Assembly: GCA_003142375.1 (NCBI GenBank) | Contig: PLME01000019.1 | Span: 37,102-88,706 of the forward strand | Source of the DNA: Dehalococcoidia bacterium | GTDB taxonomy: Bacteria; Chloroflexota; Dehalococcoidia; GIF9; UBA5629 | Reading direction: 5' to 3' | DNA length: 51,605 nt | In this document: positions 49,815 to 51,605 of the stretch, one piece after another | How positions within the stretch are numbered: the first letter of the stretch is position 1 | How the letters are laid out: each line of letters starts with the position of its first letter | The notes under the pieces: model-generated | Told to the model about the DNA's origin: nothing | Database searches by the model: none | The model's input: the letters and a program-made list of their open reading frames with translations, nothing else | Program-made: the position numbers and the translations under genes

Positions 49815-51089
49815 ATGATGCCAGAGTATCAGAAAATTACCCTTGACAACGGCCTGGGTATGGTTACCTGTCCCATGCCGCATACGCGTTCCGTTTCGGT
49901 GCTGTTTTTCGTCAGGGCCGGTAGCTGTTACGAGAGGGCCGACCAGGCGGGCATCTCACATTTCATCGAGCATATGTGCTTCAAAGGCACGGCCCGGCGT
50001 CAGACCTCGCGGGAGATCAGCGAGGCTATCGAGGGCGTGGGCGGCATCATGAACGGCGGTACCGACCGCGAGCTTACCTCTTACTGGTGCAAACTGGCCA
50101 GCCAGCACATGGAAACTGCGGTGGATGTGATCGTGGACCTTCTGCGCAACCCGCTATACCGTGAAGAGGATATCGATAAAGAGCGGCAGGTGATCATCGA
50201 AGAGATCAACATGAGCCTGGATTCACCCCAGCAACGGGTCGGCATGATCTTCGATGAAACCATGTGGCCCGACAGCCCCATGGGAAGGGATGTGGCCGGT
50301 AGCAAGGAGACGGTCTCCTCCATCAATCGTCAGCAGATGAAGGGTTTTATGGGTGGCTATTATACTCCGGACAACATGCTGGTCAGCCTGGCCGGGGATT
50401 TCGACCCTGATAAAGCGGCGCAGATCATTGAGCGCTCAACCGAAGGATGGCAGCGGGGCGTCAAGCCCGAATACTTTTCCAGCAGGCCGGGGCAGACGAA
50501 ACCCAGGGTACGCATTGAATATCGCGAGACCGAGCAGGTCAACCTGGTGCTGGGCGTGGAGGGCGTATCGTTATTTCATCCGGACAGGTTTGCCATAGAC
50601 CTGTTGAGCATGATGCTGGGCGAGGGCATGAGCAGCAGGCTGTTCACGGAGATCAGGGAAAAGCTGGGCCTGGCTTATGATATTCACAGCTATGTAGAGC
50701 ACTTCCTCCAGACAGGTGTTTTCGTCATCCAGGCCGGGATCGACCCGGGCCAGACTGAGAAAGCTACCGGGGCCATTCTGGAGCAGTTGGGGCGTGCCAG
50801 GGACGGCGTCTCGGACATGGAGCTGCACAAGGCCAGGGAGATGGCCAAAGGCAGGCTGCTGCTGAGCATGGAGAACAGCCGTAACGTGGCGGGCTGGTAC
50901 GGCGCCCAGGAAATGCTCATGGGCCGCATCATGAGCGTCGACGATGTCACTGAAATCATCGAGAATATTACGGCGGAAGATGTAAAGCGTGTGGCCGGGG
51001 AACTGTTCCTGACGGATAAACTGAACCTGGCCGTCGTGGGCCCAATCCAGAATGAAAGCGCCCTGGCCGATCTTTTGACCATAAAATAA
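49815..51089 (+). CDS. M16 family (pitrilysin-like) zinc peptidase
   Basis: HFIEH inverted zinc motif, ERQVIIEE, SSRLFTEIREKLGLAY. Confidence 0.94.
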   Translation: MMPEYQKITLDNGLGMVTCPMPHTRSVSVLFFVRAGSCYERADQAGISHFIEHMCFKGTARRQTSREISEAIEGVGGIMNGGTDRELTSYWCKLASQHMETAVDVIVDLLRNPLYREEDIDKERQVIIEEINMSLDSPQQRVGMIFDETMWPDSPMGRDVAGSKETVSSINRQQMKGFMGGYYTPDNMLVSLAGDFDPDKAAQIIERSTEGWQRGVKPEYFSSRPGQTKPRVRIEYRETEQVNLVLGVEGVSLFHPDRFAIDLLSMMLGEGMSSRLFTEIREKLGLAYDIHSYVEHFLQTGVFVIQAGIDPGQTEKATGAILEQLGRARDGVSDMELHKAREMAKGRLLLSMENSRNVAGWYGAQEMLMGRIMSVDDVTEIIENITAEDVKRVAGELFLTDKLNLAVVGPIQNESALADLLTIK

Positions 51090-51101
51090 ATAGATATAAT
51101 A

Positions 51102-51133
51102 AAAAAAGGCCGCTTGTACAAGCGGCCTTTTTT
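51102..51133. terminator. Bidirectional intrinsic terminator between the M16 peptidase and groEL
   Basis: Perfect palindrome AAAAAAGGCCGCTTGTACAAGCGGCCTTTTTT between convergent genes. Confidence 0.9.
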
Positions 51134-51152
51134 ATTTAATTCGACTGTTGAG

Positions 51153-51605
51153 TTAGTACTCAGGCATGGGTGGCATGGATGACATCTTATCCTTCTCGGG
51201 GATATCGCAGACCAGCGCTTCCGTTGTCAGGATCATGCAAGCGATGCTGGCAGCGTTCTCCAGGGCGGTCCGGGTGACCTTCAAGGGATCGATGATGCCT
51301 TTGGTGACCATATCGGTATAATCGTTGTTGAGGGCATCATAGCCTACGCCCTTCTTGCTGCGCCTCACCTTGTCAACCACTACCGAGCCTTCCTGGCCGG
51401 CGTTAATGGCGATCCAGCGCAGGGGCTCTTCCACGGCCTTCTTAATAATCTCGCAACCGGTCTTTTGGTCGCCCTCGACCTTGAGCTTATCGAGAACGGG
51501 GCTGGCGTTGATAACGGCCACACCGCCGCCGGGCAGTATGCCTTCCTCGACGGCTGCCCTGGTGGCTGAGAGGGCGTCCTCGACGCGGTGCTTCTTCTCT
51601 TTAAG
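51153..51605 (-). CDS. groL: Chaperonin GroEL, 3' part (partial)
   Basis: [28 protein letters not shown]...[20 protein letters not shown]...TTEALV; runs off the window edge. Confidence 0.97.
   Translation of the reverse strand, partial: LKEKKHRVEDALSATRAAVEEGILPGGGVAVINASPVLDKLKVEGDQKTGCEIIKKAVEEPLRWIAINAGQEGSVVVDKVRRSKKGVGYDALNNDYTDMVTKGIIDPLKVTRTALENAASIACMILTTEALVCDIPEKDKMSSMPPMPEY

Noticed and set aside
51153-51185. GroEL lacking the GGM tail
   Set aside because: The Pro/Met-rich ending MPPMPEY is a plausible lineage variant and not evidence of a new function
1-51605. CRISPR arrays, tRNAs, transposases, inteins
   Set aside because: No regularly spaced repeats, cloverleaf sequences, transposase motifs or intein insertions (dnaB, rpoB, rpoC checked) were seen by eye

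Overview
Mostly core-genome, housekeeping-rich bacterial chromosome segment. Gene content and order (dnaB-dnaD-double ATPase, stand-alone rpoBC-ruvB with a long beta insertion, clpC-radA-ispD-ispF-cysS, GroEL ending in MPPMPEY) suggest Chloroflexota, probably Dehalococcoidia; this is an inference, not a database result. About 44 CDSs, one stand-alone 5S rRNA, several near-consensus sigma70 promoters and intrinsic terminators. No CRISPR array, tRNA, IS element or prophage was seen. The most striking signal is in the yceD-rpmF-fabD-nusB-acpP operon. Both the FabD homologue (GHSxG -> GHGAG) and the ACP homologue (DSL -> DPD) have lost their essential serines but remain full-length, intact ORFs under a perfect-consensus promoter, and plsX, fabH and fabG are absent from the cluster. 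This looks like a co-inactivated, possibly repurposed pseudo-FabD/pseudo-ACP pair. Other points of interest: a DnaB-DnaD-tandem DnaC/IstB-type ATPase-HNH replication module, an orphan 5S rRNA with its own promoter, and a MarR/DHA2 efflux locus with two structurally opposite adaptor proteins.
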